NCBI RefSeq assembly: GCF_037042905.1 | Contig: NC_087250.1 | Span: 8,620,001 to 8,684,000, forward strand | Length of the DNA: 64,000 bases | Direction of reading: 5' to 3' | Source: Lytechinus pictus | Lineage: Eukaryota | In this document: positions 1 to 13,559 of the stretch, one piece after another | Layout: every line of letters begins with the position of its first letter | How positions within the stretch are numbered: position 1 is the first letter of the stretch | Program-made: the position numbers and the translations under genes | The notes under the pieces: generated by a model | Seen by the model: the letters and a program-made list of their open reading frames with translations, nothing else | What the model was told of the DNA's origin: nothing | Database searches by the model: none

Positions 1-1270
1 CGTTTTGTAGAGACACTAACATATTTTTGAAAGAAAATGTACATGCTTTGCTACGCTAAATTTCAAACATAATTTTAAAAGTTTAATGAGAAATTTTCAA
101 AATTCATTGCTCATGTTTTTTTTTGTTCAATTTCAAAATATTTGCTTATATTGTCTTTAAACACAATATGAACAATCGTTAGTTCATATTAAACCAGGTT
201 GTATGAGATGTCTAACGGGTTGTTTATTTCTTATTCTGTACTGTGTAAATATAAAATAATTGCGTTTCTAGAATAGATCCCTGAGGGACTCCTCATATAT
301 ACCTGTACAAAGGCCAAAACATCTGAGTTTGTGAAATTGTTGTGTAAAAATATGGGAATTAAATATTCAACGGTTGCTAGAAAAAGTGCTCGACTGGGAA
401 TATTATGTAAATCAATAATTTCGACCATTTCCTTTCATCCGCACTTACACACGCAATTCAATTTTAACATGTTTAAAGGAACTGGGGAATATTACTTACT
501 AACACCCGGAATGATGACAACCTTGTTTGGCACACCGTCCAGAACATCGCCTCCAATTTTATGCGGGGACCGCTGTCCCCATACCACCATATTTGTCACG
601 ATGTCATAGGTCATGACCCCTGGTCGGTGGATAAATTCGAAGAACGCCCTCTGATGCAGCTGATCGGTCAGGAGCATTCCCGGTTCTATATCACTGTGGT
701 ATATTCCGAAATTGATCTGGTCCACAAAGAAGACCTTGTCCGCGGCTGCCGAAAAAACATAAATAAATAAATAAATAGATAAAATAAGCGTGACCAAATA
801 TATGAAGTAACATAAAACTAATGATAATTGATTCCAGGACAATTGTTCCGCTTTAAATTTCACACACCAATCGAATTACTGATTTTAAGCCTGCGTGGAT
901 TTAACACTAAACCCTCCTTAAACCTAACCCTAAATCTAACATAGAACCTATTGCAACCCTTACACTACATCCTATATAGACAAAATAAAGCCAGCGGCAA
1001 TTGTCGCAGGAGCAAATGTCATGACACCTCATAGTCCAGTGCAATTCTTATCACCCGACTGGCAAACATTTTGAAGAATTCTTCTGGTGTAACATTGGGT
1101 TCCAGGACATTTGCTCCGGCGACTATTGATCAGCTCTTAATTCCATACACTAATGGAACGGCCAACTTCAACCCTGGGTTTAACACCGTATCCTTCCCTA
1201 ACACTGTAACCTACCCTACACCTATACCCTATACCAAACGTAAAATCCTATTGCAACAATTCCATAACCT
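1..1270 (+). repeat. Segmental/tandem duplication of about 25730-27600 (with 3265-3400 matching 27710-27965)
   Basis: Long co-linear near-identical intron and exon sequence in the same orientation. Confidence 0.9.
500..745 (-). CDS. Exon 2 of a tandem paralog of the same gene (continues beyond window left edge)
   Basis: 246 nt, intact splice sites and frame, 15 nt and 9 aa differences from 26207-26452 by manual comparison; flanking introns also homologous. Confidence 0.8.
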
Positions 1271-1282
1271 TTACCCTTTATC

Positions 1283-1510
1283 CAGGGACAGACCCAGGAT
1301 TTTTCAAAGGGGGGGGGGGGGCACATTTTTCCCAAGGAAAAATTTGACAAGCCCCCCCCCCAAAGTCTTCAATTTCAAAAGGGGGTGCACATTTTAGTTT
1401 TAATGCCATTTTTACTGTTTTACATTATACATTTTTATTTTGCTTTTCAAGGGGGGGGGGGGGGCACGGGCCGGCTGTGACCTCCCTCCCGCCTCCTGGA
1501 TCCAACAGTC
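1283..1510. mobile_element. G/C-run MITE, hAT-like ends
   Basis: CAGGG..GACCCAGG left end and CCTGGATCC right end; absent from paralogous intron. Confidence 0.45.
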
Positions 1511-1781
1511 CCGACCTTTCGTTTGAGGACGCACACGCTTATTTACGACGGTAGTTGATTTTGGAAGAGACTTTTTGGGCCCGTCATCATGGTCGTAAAA
1601 TTCTGTCCTGCAATGCAAATTGTGTGACATGATATTTTTTTGTCGTTTCGCATCTGCGACGGAAACATTCAATATGCGTTTCGTGTGCAAAATTCTGGTT
1701 GCTACTATGGTAACAGCGATTTATCCGATTTAGGACGACTTTCCAAATCCACTTTTGGTTCCTCCCAGAGCTCGAGAAGCC

Positions 1782-2078
1782 GCCCGGGGGCCCACTCCCA
1801 TTGAAAAGTGGATACCAGGCGCGACCATACGTAAAAAGGGAAAGAGTGGGTAAGTACGTTACGTATAGGCATATGTAGCATTATAAGGGTGTCAAAAACG
1901 ATGATTAAAATACTGAAAAACGGGATATATTTCCAATACTTGTAGGGTGTCACAACCCAAATACTTAAGAGATGCATTTTCATAATCTGGAAAAGACTTA
2001 CTTCCATTGTTTAGGGTGCTTTTCAAAACCCCATGGTCGCGCCTGGTATCCACTCATCAACGGAAGTGTACACCCCGG
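1782..2078. mobile_element. CCCGGG-ended MITE (family also at 34577-35184, fragment near 44430-44560)
   Basis: Terminal inverted repeats containing GTGGATACCAGGCGCGACC. Confidence 0.7.
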
Positions 2079-3884
2079 GAAATCCCCCATTTCTGCGGAA
2101 AGTAAAACATACTGCCCATTACATTGTGTGCTAGAGGCATATCGTTTGTGTATAAGAGCAGGAAAATGAAGAAAACCCCGCAAATTTAGATGTTTTTCCA
2201 GACGGTTTATGGCCTATTGCATGCTGTGTATATGTCAACGCATGCGAAAATGGTTCCGGCTGGAGAGGTGATCTGACTCATGGAATCAATAAGCCAGTTC
2301 GTAGTTTCTTTCTGCGCATTATCAAAAGATTCTACGCATGATCAGAGGAAGGTCATTTGTACTAAAGTGACATGGTGATTAAAATCTAATAAGATAAGCA
2401 CCAACTTTGATGTCTTGATTATTCATATATTCTTTTGATTTGTGGTTTTCATTACATCCACAAAAAAAACAACAATGCGTCCACGAACGACTGGTATTTC
2501 ACAGTTTGCTAAGTACATTGTGCAACATGAAATATGCATTCAAAGAAGGAATGCAACAAATACCTTCATAAAGTGTTCATTGGTGTGCTATTCCAGCCAC
2601 CTGGTCTATTCAATGTCTTCATCCTGCTATGTAAGGCAAGCTTACGTAATATCTTGCTTTGAAATCTGCCTATCATAATGAAAGAAATGAAAGGTCCTTT
2701 GACCAAAATTGTCCATAAGTAACTACGAACTGGTCTATTGCCAGTGATCCACCAATAATGTACATTAAATGCAATATCGATTCGATGGACTGTAATGATC
2801 TATATCTAAGCCTTAATTCGGTAAATTTTTCCTTACTCAATATGTACTCGATTTGTCTGAAAAACCACTTTCTTATCCATGTCATAATCTACATTTCGCA
2901 TGTCTCCAGCCAGCTGGAGTCATAGCCATGATACAGGTACAGTCCCGCCGCGAGCTCAGCCAGGCAAATGGCATGGCATGGTGGTATCATAGAGCTATTA
3001 TAGCTCCATGCTGGTATCGTATGAAAGAGCTTTGCACACGAAAAGCAAGATCTATAGGGCCTGTAACACAAAGCTCAGCAATGATTGTAGAACAGTTTTC
3101 TACGTTTGATTGTATTGACTGTAACGTACAATCAATCTGAAAATCGAGTCCATGATTAATCGTTAACTTTTGAGTTACCCGACTCTAATCTCGCGTTGTA
3201 GAGGATTGCGAAAGGTGCCTAGTGCCTCTATCTTGGACGAAATTAAGCCCGGAGCAATTGTTGTAGACGCCAAGGTGGTACAGGTGTGCTCCATCGTGTC
3301 TTATATTGATATCATTCCAATCTGATATGCAAATTAGTGCTACAATTTTAACATCATATACCGTGCCCTCTATCGTTCGAGTCTCCAACATTTTTCAAGA
3401 CTCTTTTAGCCTGTTCACGGTTGTAAACTGCGCACGAGCAGAAAAAGGTCATTGGAGACAACCATGAAGGTGGCTTTCAAATTCACTGACATAGGCATTT
3501 GCTGTGATTTGATGATTATTCATGTATTCCTTTCAAAATATTTATCACATCCAAGCTGAAGAGTAATAAATAGAGCCTTCATAATCACTGGTATTTGACA
3601 GTAGCCTAAACAATAGTCAAATGTGCCAAAGGCAGACAATAACACAGATTTCCAAACTTTATCCCTGATGTACTATTCTAGTCACCTGGACTATACAATG
3701 CCTTTTGTTTAGAATTTGTTAGAATTTGAATACTCTACCGGTAAAGCTTACGCAACATCTACATTTGAAAATGATAGTGCTTATCCAAATGAAAAATCAC
3801 AGAGGTTATTTGAGAAAAGTTGATCATGAGCTAACCGTGAACTGGCTTAAGCCCGTATGACAAGCCGTTTTAGCATTTAAGCCT

Positions 3885-4262
3885 ATTACTTGATATCAAG
3901 AATTCATTTCTTGATATCAAGAAATGAATTCTTGACATGAAGAATTCTATTTCTTGATATCAAGAATTCAATTCTGATATCAAGAAATGGAATTCCTGAT
4001 ATCAAGAATTTGTATTCTTGATATCAAGAAATGAATTCTTGATATCAAGAATTAGTTTTCCATTTCAAGAAATGGTTTTGTGCAGTTAAGCAATGGTAAT
4101 TCTTGATATTAAGAAATCGAATTCTTTATATCAAGAATTGAATTCTTGATATCAAGAATTCATTTCTTGACAAGAATGCAAATTCTTGATATCAGGAATT
4201 CCATTTCTTGATATCAGAAATTTGATTTCTTGATATCAAAAATTCATTTCTTGATATGAAAA
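3885..4262. repeat. Array of palindromic TTCTTGATATCAAGAA units
   Basis: More than 15 copies of the self-complementary core with short spacers. Confidence 0.85.
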
Positions 4263-4403
4263 ATTGTTAAGTGATTTTTTTCGAGCACAAAATAATTGCA
4301 AGGATTCGGATATCGAGCACAAACGAACTCAAAAGTTTTGCAGAATTGAAATTCATAGTTGATTTCCAGCGCAAAAGTAATGCAGAAATTCATTCTGATT
4401 TCT

Positions 4404-4555
4404 AACTCAAAACTTGTGCACGATTACATTGTGATTCGATTTCGAACTCAAAACTTGTGCACGATTACATTGTGATTCGATTTTGAACTCAAAACTTGTG
4501 CACGTGTGCACGATTATATTGTGATTCGATTTCGAACTCAAAACTTGTGCACGAA
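4404..4555 (+). repeat. About 41-bp tandem repeat (AACTCAAAACTTGTGCACG...) x4
   Basis: Visible direct repeats. Confidence 0.85.
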
Positions 4556-5957
4556 TTCACCCCATACCGAGCGGCCATCTAAGTGTACGTACGCAATTTT
4601 TTGGTCCGAAATCATGTTGCCAGCTTGCAGTTCATTTACTGTCTTTGTGATATTTCTTATAGAATATTTTAATTTTATACTGTTTAAACATGAACCCTCG
4701 ACTACTATTCTTAAAACAACTTTAACGGGATTTTCGTCCCATCAAAATTACTTGTTGTAAAATATATGAAAAGATGTTATTAAAAAACGTAAAACGGCAA
4801 CAATTCAAGAATTAATTTCATGATATGTTGCCAAACGACAATGCACACACCTGTATCAAAGATCACCCCACGTCTTAATATCATAGCCACGTTTTACTGT
4901 ACAATTAATGTTAGAAAATTTTGGCTACGTCGAATTGAATAATATTGGAAGAATTGATTATTTAAAAAAATCAAAATTAACTTACAAATCACCTATTGGA
5001 AAAATAATTGATTGGCCACATTTCACGAATTCATGCGGAAATAATGAATTTGTGATATGTTGCCAAATTGTGCATTTACAATGCGTAATTTGTAAGTATT
5101 TTTGAACTTATTTTGCTTTTAAAATATCAGATCTGATGTCATTATTCCAAATAAAATAAGAGTATGTTTTACATTTAACCATTCAGAAAAAACGATAAGA
5201 CATATTTATTGTACAAGTGACAATTTTTACAAATGGTTTGTCAACGGTTAAATTGGCAACATATCAAGAAATAATTTCGTGATATGTTGCCATTTCATAT
5301 ATTTTTAAATATACGTTTTCATTATGGTGACTTGATTAAAATTAACTGAACTAGAAACAAATATCTATTTTTTAAATTTTATAATAAACAAGCTGTCGAG
5401 AAATGTATAACTTGCAGTACCAAAAAAGCATTTTCTACATGAAAGTTCACCTAGCCATTTGGCTCTGTTTAGTTGTCATTTTTCAGCCGCAGCAAGTTCT
5501 TGCGAAAAAGGGTCTTCGGCTTCCCATTTTGACGGGATAGAGGCGTATTTTGGTATGTATTAAATTTTCATTGTTAGATAATATATATATCTCACGTTCT
5601 GACCCAAATTTAATGTTTCTAAGAAGTATGAAGAGATCTTTTAAATGAATTATTATCGCCGTCAATTTCATGTAATGATTGTTCGGATACTCTCCGGCTG
5701 CTTTTAGCCGTACAACACCGGCAGTGCTAGCCGGAGGTTCCGGCGTCTAACACAGACAAATAATGCATGGAATCCACACCGTCAGAAGACATTGGACATT
5801 GATTTGAAGGGTCCGGTGTCTGATGAACATGAATAATGCGTGGAATGTACACAGACAGAGAACAGTTTTAATCGATCTTCACGACATTGGACGTTGATTT
5901 TAAGGTTTATTTCTTTATCTAACGTTAGAGTTTAAATTCTAACGTTAATAAGTTAGA

Positions 5958-7415
5958 TCTAGTCTAGGCCTAACCCAGGGAGCTCCGGTACGTGTAATAC
6001 TAGTCAAACATATACTCTCCAAAATGGGGTGGAATAGGGTCGGAATAGCACTTTAAGGACGTTCCACAGTTATGTTTGAGCGCATCATGATCTGCGCATA
6101 GTTTACACTCTGCGCGCTGACATCACAATGAATGAACAGGTGCTTAATAAGCTGCGGGTATGAGCTGATTTTTCTCATCTTCTGCACTTTAACTGCAGAT
6201 CCGATGCGTTATTTCATGAAGCTAAAAATTGAATAATTCCATGGACCATTCAAAAAAAATATTCTCTACAATTTCAAAATACTTTACTCTGCAGTGCTGC
6301 CAAGAATCACGAATATTACCGCGAGTTTGAATAAATGGTAGAGTGGTTTTGATTTTTTCTTCACATAGATACTAAGCATTCGGCGCATTTTTGGTGTTTT
6401 AAAAAGCACATTTGCTCTAATAAAAATGCTAATAGTTAAAAAACAAGCACATGAACCCCTATTTTTTAATGTTTGTACCTCTTAGGTATACCTTCCTCTA
6501 CAACTCTGCAAATTTTGGTGAAAATGACATGGATTTTGAATAAAGTGCAGCATTTATTGTACGTTTGTAGTTTGTTACTGAAATTTTACATTTTTTAGAT
6601 TGGGATTTTGTTATCTTTTACGCCATTTGTAAGAAATGACAGTGCTGTTAAACTTAAAGTTGCAAACAAATAGCACTATAAATAGATTCTCCATTCTAAC
6701 GATACAATTATTAACTCTCTTGCGAAATTTGATGACTTTTTCATGTATTTTGACTGAGTAATAGAGGTTTAAACTCATTGTAGTAATCTTGGGCGGTCTA
6801 AAAATGCCAAATTCTTTTGAATGCGCAATTCTTAAGAACATCGATTTGGGTGAACTTTGGAGCTCTATAACAAAAAATCAAGCACATGGACCTATGTTAA
6901 TTTTTGCATATTTCGAATATTAAGGTTCTAAAGTATCTATGTGCAAAGTTTGGTGAAAATGACATGGATTTCACTTTAACTGTGGAACGTCCTTAAATAA
7001 AAGGGGAAAAAATTAATTATGCACTTACCTTGATTATTCATATTGATGAAGGTCTAAGTAACGTGATACAGCTATCCTGACATCGAGGCACAAACTGGAC
7101 CCTCAAAAAAGAGAAAAGTTCTGTCTCGTTCGTTTTCCTTCTGTCAAAATTAAAAACAAAATGGCTGATCGATAGCAAAACGAACGTGACAATGAAGTCT
7201 AACTTTTAATTTTTTTAGGGTCCAGTTTGTGCCTCTATGTCCGGATAGCTGTATCACGATAGACCTTCATCCATACAATCGAGGTAAGTGCATAATTTAT
7301 TTTCCCCCCTTTTATTTGTAGTGCTATTCCGACCCCATTTTGGAGAGTATATGTTTGACTAGTATTACACGGACGACCCCTGGAGCTCCCTGGGTTATTC
7401 TAGGCCTAGATTAGA
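5958..7415. mobile_element. Foldback element with long inverted arms, left arm interrupted by a TTAA element
   Basis: 5958-6052 plus 6997-7110 is the reverse complement of about 7210-7415. Confidence 0.75.
6057..6992 (+). mobile_element. Non-autonomous Kolobok-type DNA transposon (second copy 41565-42500)
   Basis: TTAA TSD, perfect TIR GGACGTTCCACAGTTA, RR..YY termini, near-identical second copy. Confidence 0.88.
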
Positions 7416-7512
7416 CTAGACTAGACCCTCTAGTTACGGCCTGGAGTCTATACAGCTCTGTCACTGACCGTCAGAGCCAGGCTCTAGACTTTCTAGGCCT
7501 TGCCCTAACTAA

Positions 7513-7914
7513 AGGCCACCGCACACCACGACTGTTCGCGTTCCGATTTTGGAACAAATCGCATTTTGCTCATTTTCTGAAAATTTGAATGGAACATTTC
7601 ATTTTATTTTAGGTTAAAATTAATTGAAAGAATACTAATATATACATTTTGTAAGATTGTTAGCCTTTATTTTGGAGTAAAGCCCAAATTAGTTTCAAAT
7701 CATAGCCAATCGTACGACTGCTATGACGTCATTACGACTAAATATTAAATTTGCTTTTATTCTAGGAAGGATAATAGCATAGTCACAGATTTAAAGATAG
7801 GCATTCGGACGATGATTTTGAACATTACACAGTAAGATATTTCAAGTCTCAATAATAGCATCAAATTCTACGTTTTATTCCAGAATTGACCAATCGTAAG
7901 ATGTGCGGTCGCCT
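7513..7914 (+). mobile_element. MITE with AGGCCACCGCACACC TIR (second copy 15943-16354)
   Basis: TIRs and two homologous copies of about 400 bp. Confidence 0.8.
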
Positions 7915-7993
7915 TAAGTCTAAGTTAGGGCCTATAATTTAGGCTATGAGCCTATGTTAGGAAAACAAATGAGGCTAGAGTCTAGGCATGGCC

Positions 7994-8141
7994 TACCTCA
8001 GGCGAGGTTTTGTATAGGCTCCACTTCCATGACTACACTTCACTACCGCTACCCTCCGCCCCACTATCGGATAGTTAAAGCGGAGGGTAGCGGTAGTGAA
8101 GTGTATTGGAGCCCATACTCTACGAACCCTCGTCTGAGGTA
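7994..8141. mobile_element. Hairpin MITE, TA..TA ends, 9-bp TSD
   Basis: TACCTCAG..CTGAGGTA ends, flanks GGCATGGCC / GGCAGGGCC. Confidence 0.7.
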
Positions 8142-8332
8142 GGCAGGGCCAGGCCCTAGCTATACTAGTTTTGCCCCTTGTAGGTTCTAATCTAGATCTA
8201 CAGTAGTCAGTAGATCTATTCTGATCTATTTTTCTATCTAGGGTCCAAGTTAGACTTAGACCTCCCAGGTCTAGATCTAGATCTAAGAAATTCTAACTCA
8301 GTTAAACTTGTCTTGGTTAGCTGAGCTGGCCC

Positions 8333-8515
8333 TGTTACAACGCATAATGTCGCAGATTGCGACATTATGCCAAGAGCGTCCGACGCATAATGTCGCAGTC
8401 AACGCATAATGTCGTAGTTTTTTTCTAACGCATAACGTCACATATGTCGCAACGCATAATGTCGCAGCAAAATTTCTAACGCATAACGTCACATGTCGCA
8501 ACGCATAATGTCACA
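8333..8515 (+). repeat. ACGCATAATGTCGCA subterminal-type repeats after a TGTTACA end (transposon end fragment)
   Basis: About 8 copies of the motif; same TGTTACA terminus as the 53044-58886 element. Confidence 0.6.
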
Positions 8516-9374
8516 GCGGTATTTCCTTCAGGACTCGAGCAACAGATGAGATATAAAATATGCTTTCACTAAGTATTTTGAGACACGAAAAAAGAGAATT
8601 ATGATTTGGAAATCAGGATTACTCTTTGTATGGATATCAATCGGTTTATTGCCATTTAAACTGCCCTTTTCCACAACTATCGCATGGTCTGATATCATTT
8701 TGTGTACCATTAGTTAGTCAACTATCAACATAGTCCAATAACCATTTCGTCTAATTACCATCTCGTCTAATAGCCAGTTGGTCTAATAGCCGTTTTGTTT
8801 ATTATCATTTAGTCTAATTGTATTTTTCAATTGGTCCAATACCCACTTTGTCAAATATCATTACGTCTATTAACTTTTGGTCTAAAAAAATATATAAATA
8901 CATTTAAATCACACGGCATATGGTACATGTCGATCTGTTTTGGTGTGGGGTGGGTCTGTGCGTGTGATTAAACATACAACCAAATATTGATAGCTGTTTC
9001 CGCATATTTATGGCAGTAAAACCGCATAGCCTGCGAAATATTTCATTTTCATTATTAATAAATATTTTGAATAAAAAGTAATAAACAATACGAAAACTAC
9101 CACAACATATGTTTCTAGGATTGGTAAATCGACACTTTGATAGTATAAACGTCTCAGTTAAAAAGAGTGTGACGTTTTCTTTCAATAAATGTATTGAAAG
9201 TGACCGCCAACTGACAAAGAACAGCTGGAAGTCTTTCTCGAAAATTGGTGAAGTGGAAAAGTAATTTCGTCCTAAATTCTGAAGCTGATTAAAAATGGCA
9301 AACATACCATTTTTCCAGAGTACGGGACTAAACTGCCGTTTTTATTCACCAATTTTTGACAAAGATATCTTTAA

Positions 9375-9928
9375 AGGAAACCAAAACCCAAGAAGAGGAG
9401 CAATCTTATTGGAAAAGAGTAAAATAAGAGGAACAATTTAAAACAAGTTCCACCAAAATCGGTTGTGAAATAAGCAGGTTGTGGACGTTCAAAAAGTCTT
9501 GTTGAACTTTCTATGGGGATCCTCAAATTGGCGAACGTGCTTCAAAATGGCTGATTTTGTAGACAGGTCTCCATTTGTTTTGTACACAAATTTTTAGATT
9601 TTCCCGTTTATTTTACATATTTCCTCCTGACCTTGACATGTGGTGTGAATTATATTTTCCCATGACATATATTGTGCTTAGAAGGAGGCAAGATGCAATG
9701 TGAAAGATAATGAGGAAAATTTACAAAACAAATTTTAATTAGAGTTGTCCACAAAATCAGCCATTTTGAAGCATGTTTGCCAATTTGAGGATCCCCATAG
9801 AACTTACATTAAGAGTTTTCAAACTTCCATAACTCGCTTATTATATAACCAATTTTGATTAAAACAAGTTTTAGATTGCTCTCATTTTATTCTTTCTGAT
9901 AGATTTTCTCCTTGTATTTTGGTTTCCT
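9375..9928. mobile_element. Kolobok-type palindromic MITE
   Basis: TTAA TSD, AGGAAACCAAAA TIR, long internal inverted repeats. Confidence 0.85.
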
Positions 9929-12077
9929 TTAACAATACATTTCTGTGTTCTTGTATTCGTTATGCACCGATATCCGAAAATTCCCTATTTTTCGAACATT
10001 ATCTGAAAGAGAAATTACAATTATTATGAATTCGAAATGATACAGTTTCTTACCAGAGTACGAACAAATGCAGAGGAATATGATGAAGAAAAAAGACTCC
10101 ATTATGAGGTCACCTTTTAGCTAAAGAAACAAAAATGGAGCAATGATATTAGTTCTCCTACCACGATTAAAATAGTTATATTCGGAGGATGTTTACCAAT
10201 GAACTTTTCTATTAAGCCACGACCACCAAATTAATGTCGTTGTAAAAGAAAAGTCCCAGAAAAACTCCGGACAGTATGAGAAGTGTCTTCAAAACGTGAG
10301 TTCGCTTTGACGATAAGTTCATTCAAATGAAATCATAACAATTATTACAAAAGGTTGAAGGTTAACCCCCCCCTCCCCCGAAAAAAGACACCGTCGAAGG
10401 ATAAGAGTTGAATTTCTTACGTTGTGACGTTGCGAAATGCAAGTGGTTTCACCATCCCCAAGTGTTATATAACTTTTTTTTAAAGAATTCATGTCTACTA
10501 ATAGTTTTTACAGAATCATGTAAAATATTATATGTCTGAGGATAAAATGTGATGGATGCACATGTAAAGGAAATACCATATTGTTACCTCTTAAGTAATT
10601 ATAGAGCGTATTTTCATATACATACAAAATTGTAAGTTTTTTCAGAAAAAATGATGGAATTTATAGAAGGCGACCTTATGCGATGTCAGGAATTTATACT
10701 TTAACAGTATTTATGATCTTCTTTGAAGATGGATCATTGCCAGCTTTCACGTTTTTTATGTGTTTCTGCATTTTGTAAGAACAACTTTACGTCAGGGTGA
10801 ACTTTCGTGTACGTCATTCAGAATCGCATTTGCAATACATTAATCATTAGAAGATTCTTATGATATGTTTTCCCCTTTCTTCAATTTCTTGAAATAGTCA
10901 CCATGATAAATGTATTTAATGCATTAAATGGTGACATTGTTTATAGGCATTCGACTAGCATTCTGGACAAATGTTATACAAAATGACGTAAGACCATTAG
11001 ACCAAAATTATTTGTACTAAAAATTATAGAAATGTTTAGCCAAACACACAGTTATGTCGTATAAAAATTGTAAAAATTACATTTTTTCAAAAGTCATAAA
11101 TTTTCAAAAGTCATCACAATTTAGATTTATGATCAATTAAGAAATGTTTATACAAATTCATATGACTATTCAAATATTTCGTACTGAAATTATAAAAGGC
11201 ATAATATTTTACGAATATTTTAAAAAATAAATCATACAGCACTTTGTGATAAGACACTTTAAGGTTTTAATCTGATAACAGTTGGTGTCCGTAGAAAATG
11301 TTAGAATTACACACTAAAGTTTCGACACAACAAAGTCACCAACAGTTTTAAAGTAGCAACCAAATGTTTTGTTATAACATCCCCTGAGCACACACACAAA
11401 ATCAACACCGGAGAAAAATGACTTGTTTGGTTATCTATACACAAAATCATCACCATTTCGTTTTAACTGACTAAGGTCAGAAAATAAATGTCACTCACCC
11501 CTTTTTCCTGTATCAGTCACCCGAACTTCTTGCTTCTTCCTCCTACTTACCAGTTATAGAGATATGGGGCCAAACTATGGTCCTGACTGGCACATGCTCG
11601 AGAATGACCAAGCCCTTTTCTCTTTACTACGCTATATGCAATAAATAATGTTTCGTACCAGCATTTTGTTCACAAGATATTTTCTTTCTGTAATGAGTTT
11701 CAGAGCATGTTTTATGGATTTGACTTTCTGACCGGATCGTCGTTACATAATTTTTAAAGAAGCAAAAACATATTTTGCGGCGGCGGGGAGGAAGAAAAAA
11801 ATGAAGACAAATGAAGAAATCAGAAAAATAGAGAGAAGCCTGGGGGGCGTTTCGTGAAATAATAATAAGCGCTTTATACGGAGGTTTCTAAGGTCTAAAA
11901 GAGAAAAAAAAAGAGAGAAAAAAAATGAATATACATATACAAGATATCTCAGATAAAGAACGAAAAAGTATTGGGTATTGGGGCAAAACCTGAAAAGGAT
12001 TTGTCACCTCCCTATAATCAGTGTTAGATGGCCAATTATATTCGCACACTTTTGTCAATCAGCAATATCAAATTTAA

Positions 12078-12586
12078 AGGTCAAGTCCACATCGAAAAAA
12101 TGTTGAATCAGACAAGCATAATGATGAAAATTTCATCAAAATAAGAAAGTTATGACATTTTAAAGTTTTGCATTTTCCAAAATAATTATATGCAGAAGTT
12201 AGTCACATGCAAATGACAGAATCGATGATGTCCCTCACTCACTATTTCTTTTGTTTTTTATTGTTTGAATAACATAATTTCAATTTTTGACAGATTTGAC
12301 CAACTTGACTGAACATAAACTGTTTAACAATGGTAGTTCCACAAGTTCAGGGAGAAAAAAGACTTTGTTTCACAGGACAATGAGGAAGAAATTAGAATAT
12401 TTCATATTTCATATACTAAAATAGAAAAGAAGCAGTGAGTGAGCGATGTCAACAGTTCGCTCATTTGCATAACGACCGGGATATGAAATTAAGCGGAGGT
12501 TTTTTTTACATCTGATTTTGATGAAATGTTTGTTGACTTTTTCTCGTTTTATTCAAATCAACTTTTTGTTGGGGTGGACTTGTTCT
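12078..12586. mobile_element. AGG(T/A)CAAGTCCAC-family Kolobok-type MITE
   Basis: TIRs, TTAA/TCAA flanks; family copies at 26627, 32589 and 40022. Confidence 0.8.
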
Positions 12587-13559
12587 TCAAGAAATTTCGA
12601 ACGGGTTGGGTCGAAGGAATATCTTTTCCCTTCCTGTTGTAAGCTCGTGACACCATAGGGCTAAGTCAACTTGATAATTCAATCTGAATCTCGTTTGATT
12701 ACGTTCCATTTGCTGAGTTTAATCATGGACCTACATGTGTAGTAGGTCCACGGTTAAATGGACACTCGTAATAACTCCTTGAATGCGCCAAGCACCGTTA
12801 GCAGCTGGAGCTTAGCCGGTGTAATACGGGCGCCATTGAAAAGGCAACCATTGATACTCAGCGCCTCACAAATGCTTTATATTATATAACTATATCATTA
12901 AAAAAAAGAAAGTGATTTTAAGATTTGCTAGTCATTTTTAAAGTAATTCTAATTCTATGACGCCGTTGAGGCGAATGATAAATATAGTACGCTCAACTTT
13001 ATCAATTTCCTAAATTTTTGTTTGATCATACATTTTTCTACCCCTTACTATAGAGTCATGGTTGTCTCTGTGTTGAACATATGATGGATTTTCATTATTG
13101 TAACTTATGATTAAAGCTTTGTGATTTGTTTTGGTTAACCATAAAATAGGCACCTAGATAAACTATGACTTTTTATTTCCGGCTAAGAAAATAGTGTCAT
13201 TAACAATCTCATGAACATACTACCAGCGTCGTTTTGCAAATGTAAGCGACATGAAATTGTACAAACAATTTTGATGAAGAAGTTTACTGATGTTCTCTGT
13301 TAGTTCTCTTTTTTAAAGCTCTTTATCAATGGGCTATGTAATATTGTTCAGAATTCTAAATCATTTTTATCGTTCCGAGTTACATACCCATATATTCACA
13401 AGCGCACCCCTAATATTCTACACAAAAACCAATCCATAATTCACTATCACACGCATGCAAGCAGATACCAACTGCTACAAATATAAACACAATCATATTT
13501 AATCCACACTCTCACCAACTCCCACACATACGTTTAACGCTCAACCCATGCAACCTTTA

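Noticed and set aside
6611..6841. ORF conserved with 42137-42352
   Set aside because: Similarity is due to two copies of the same non-autonomous transposon; no transposase motifs
8904..10900. Decayed coding sequence
   Set aside because: Fragmentary frames with many stops and no motif I can recognise
11551..11631. Candidate first exon of the left paralog (also about 10421-10455)
   Set aside because: Good donor sites but in-frame stop or wrong phase, no signal peptide and no similarity to 28352-28400
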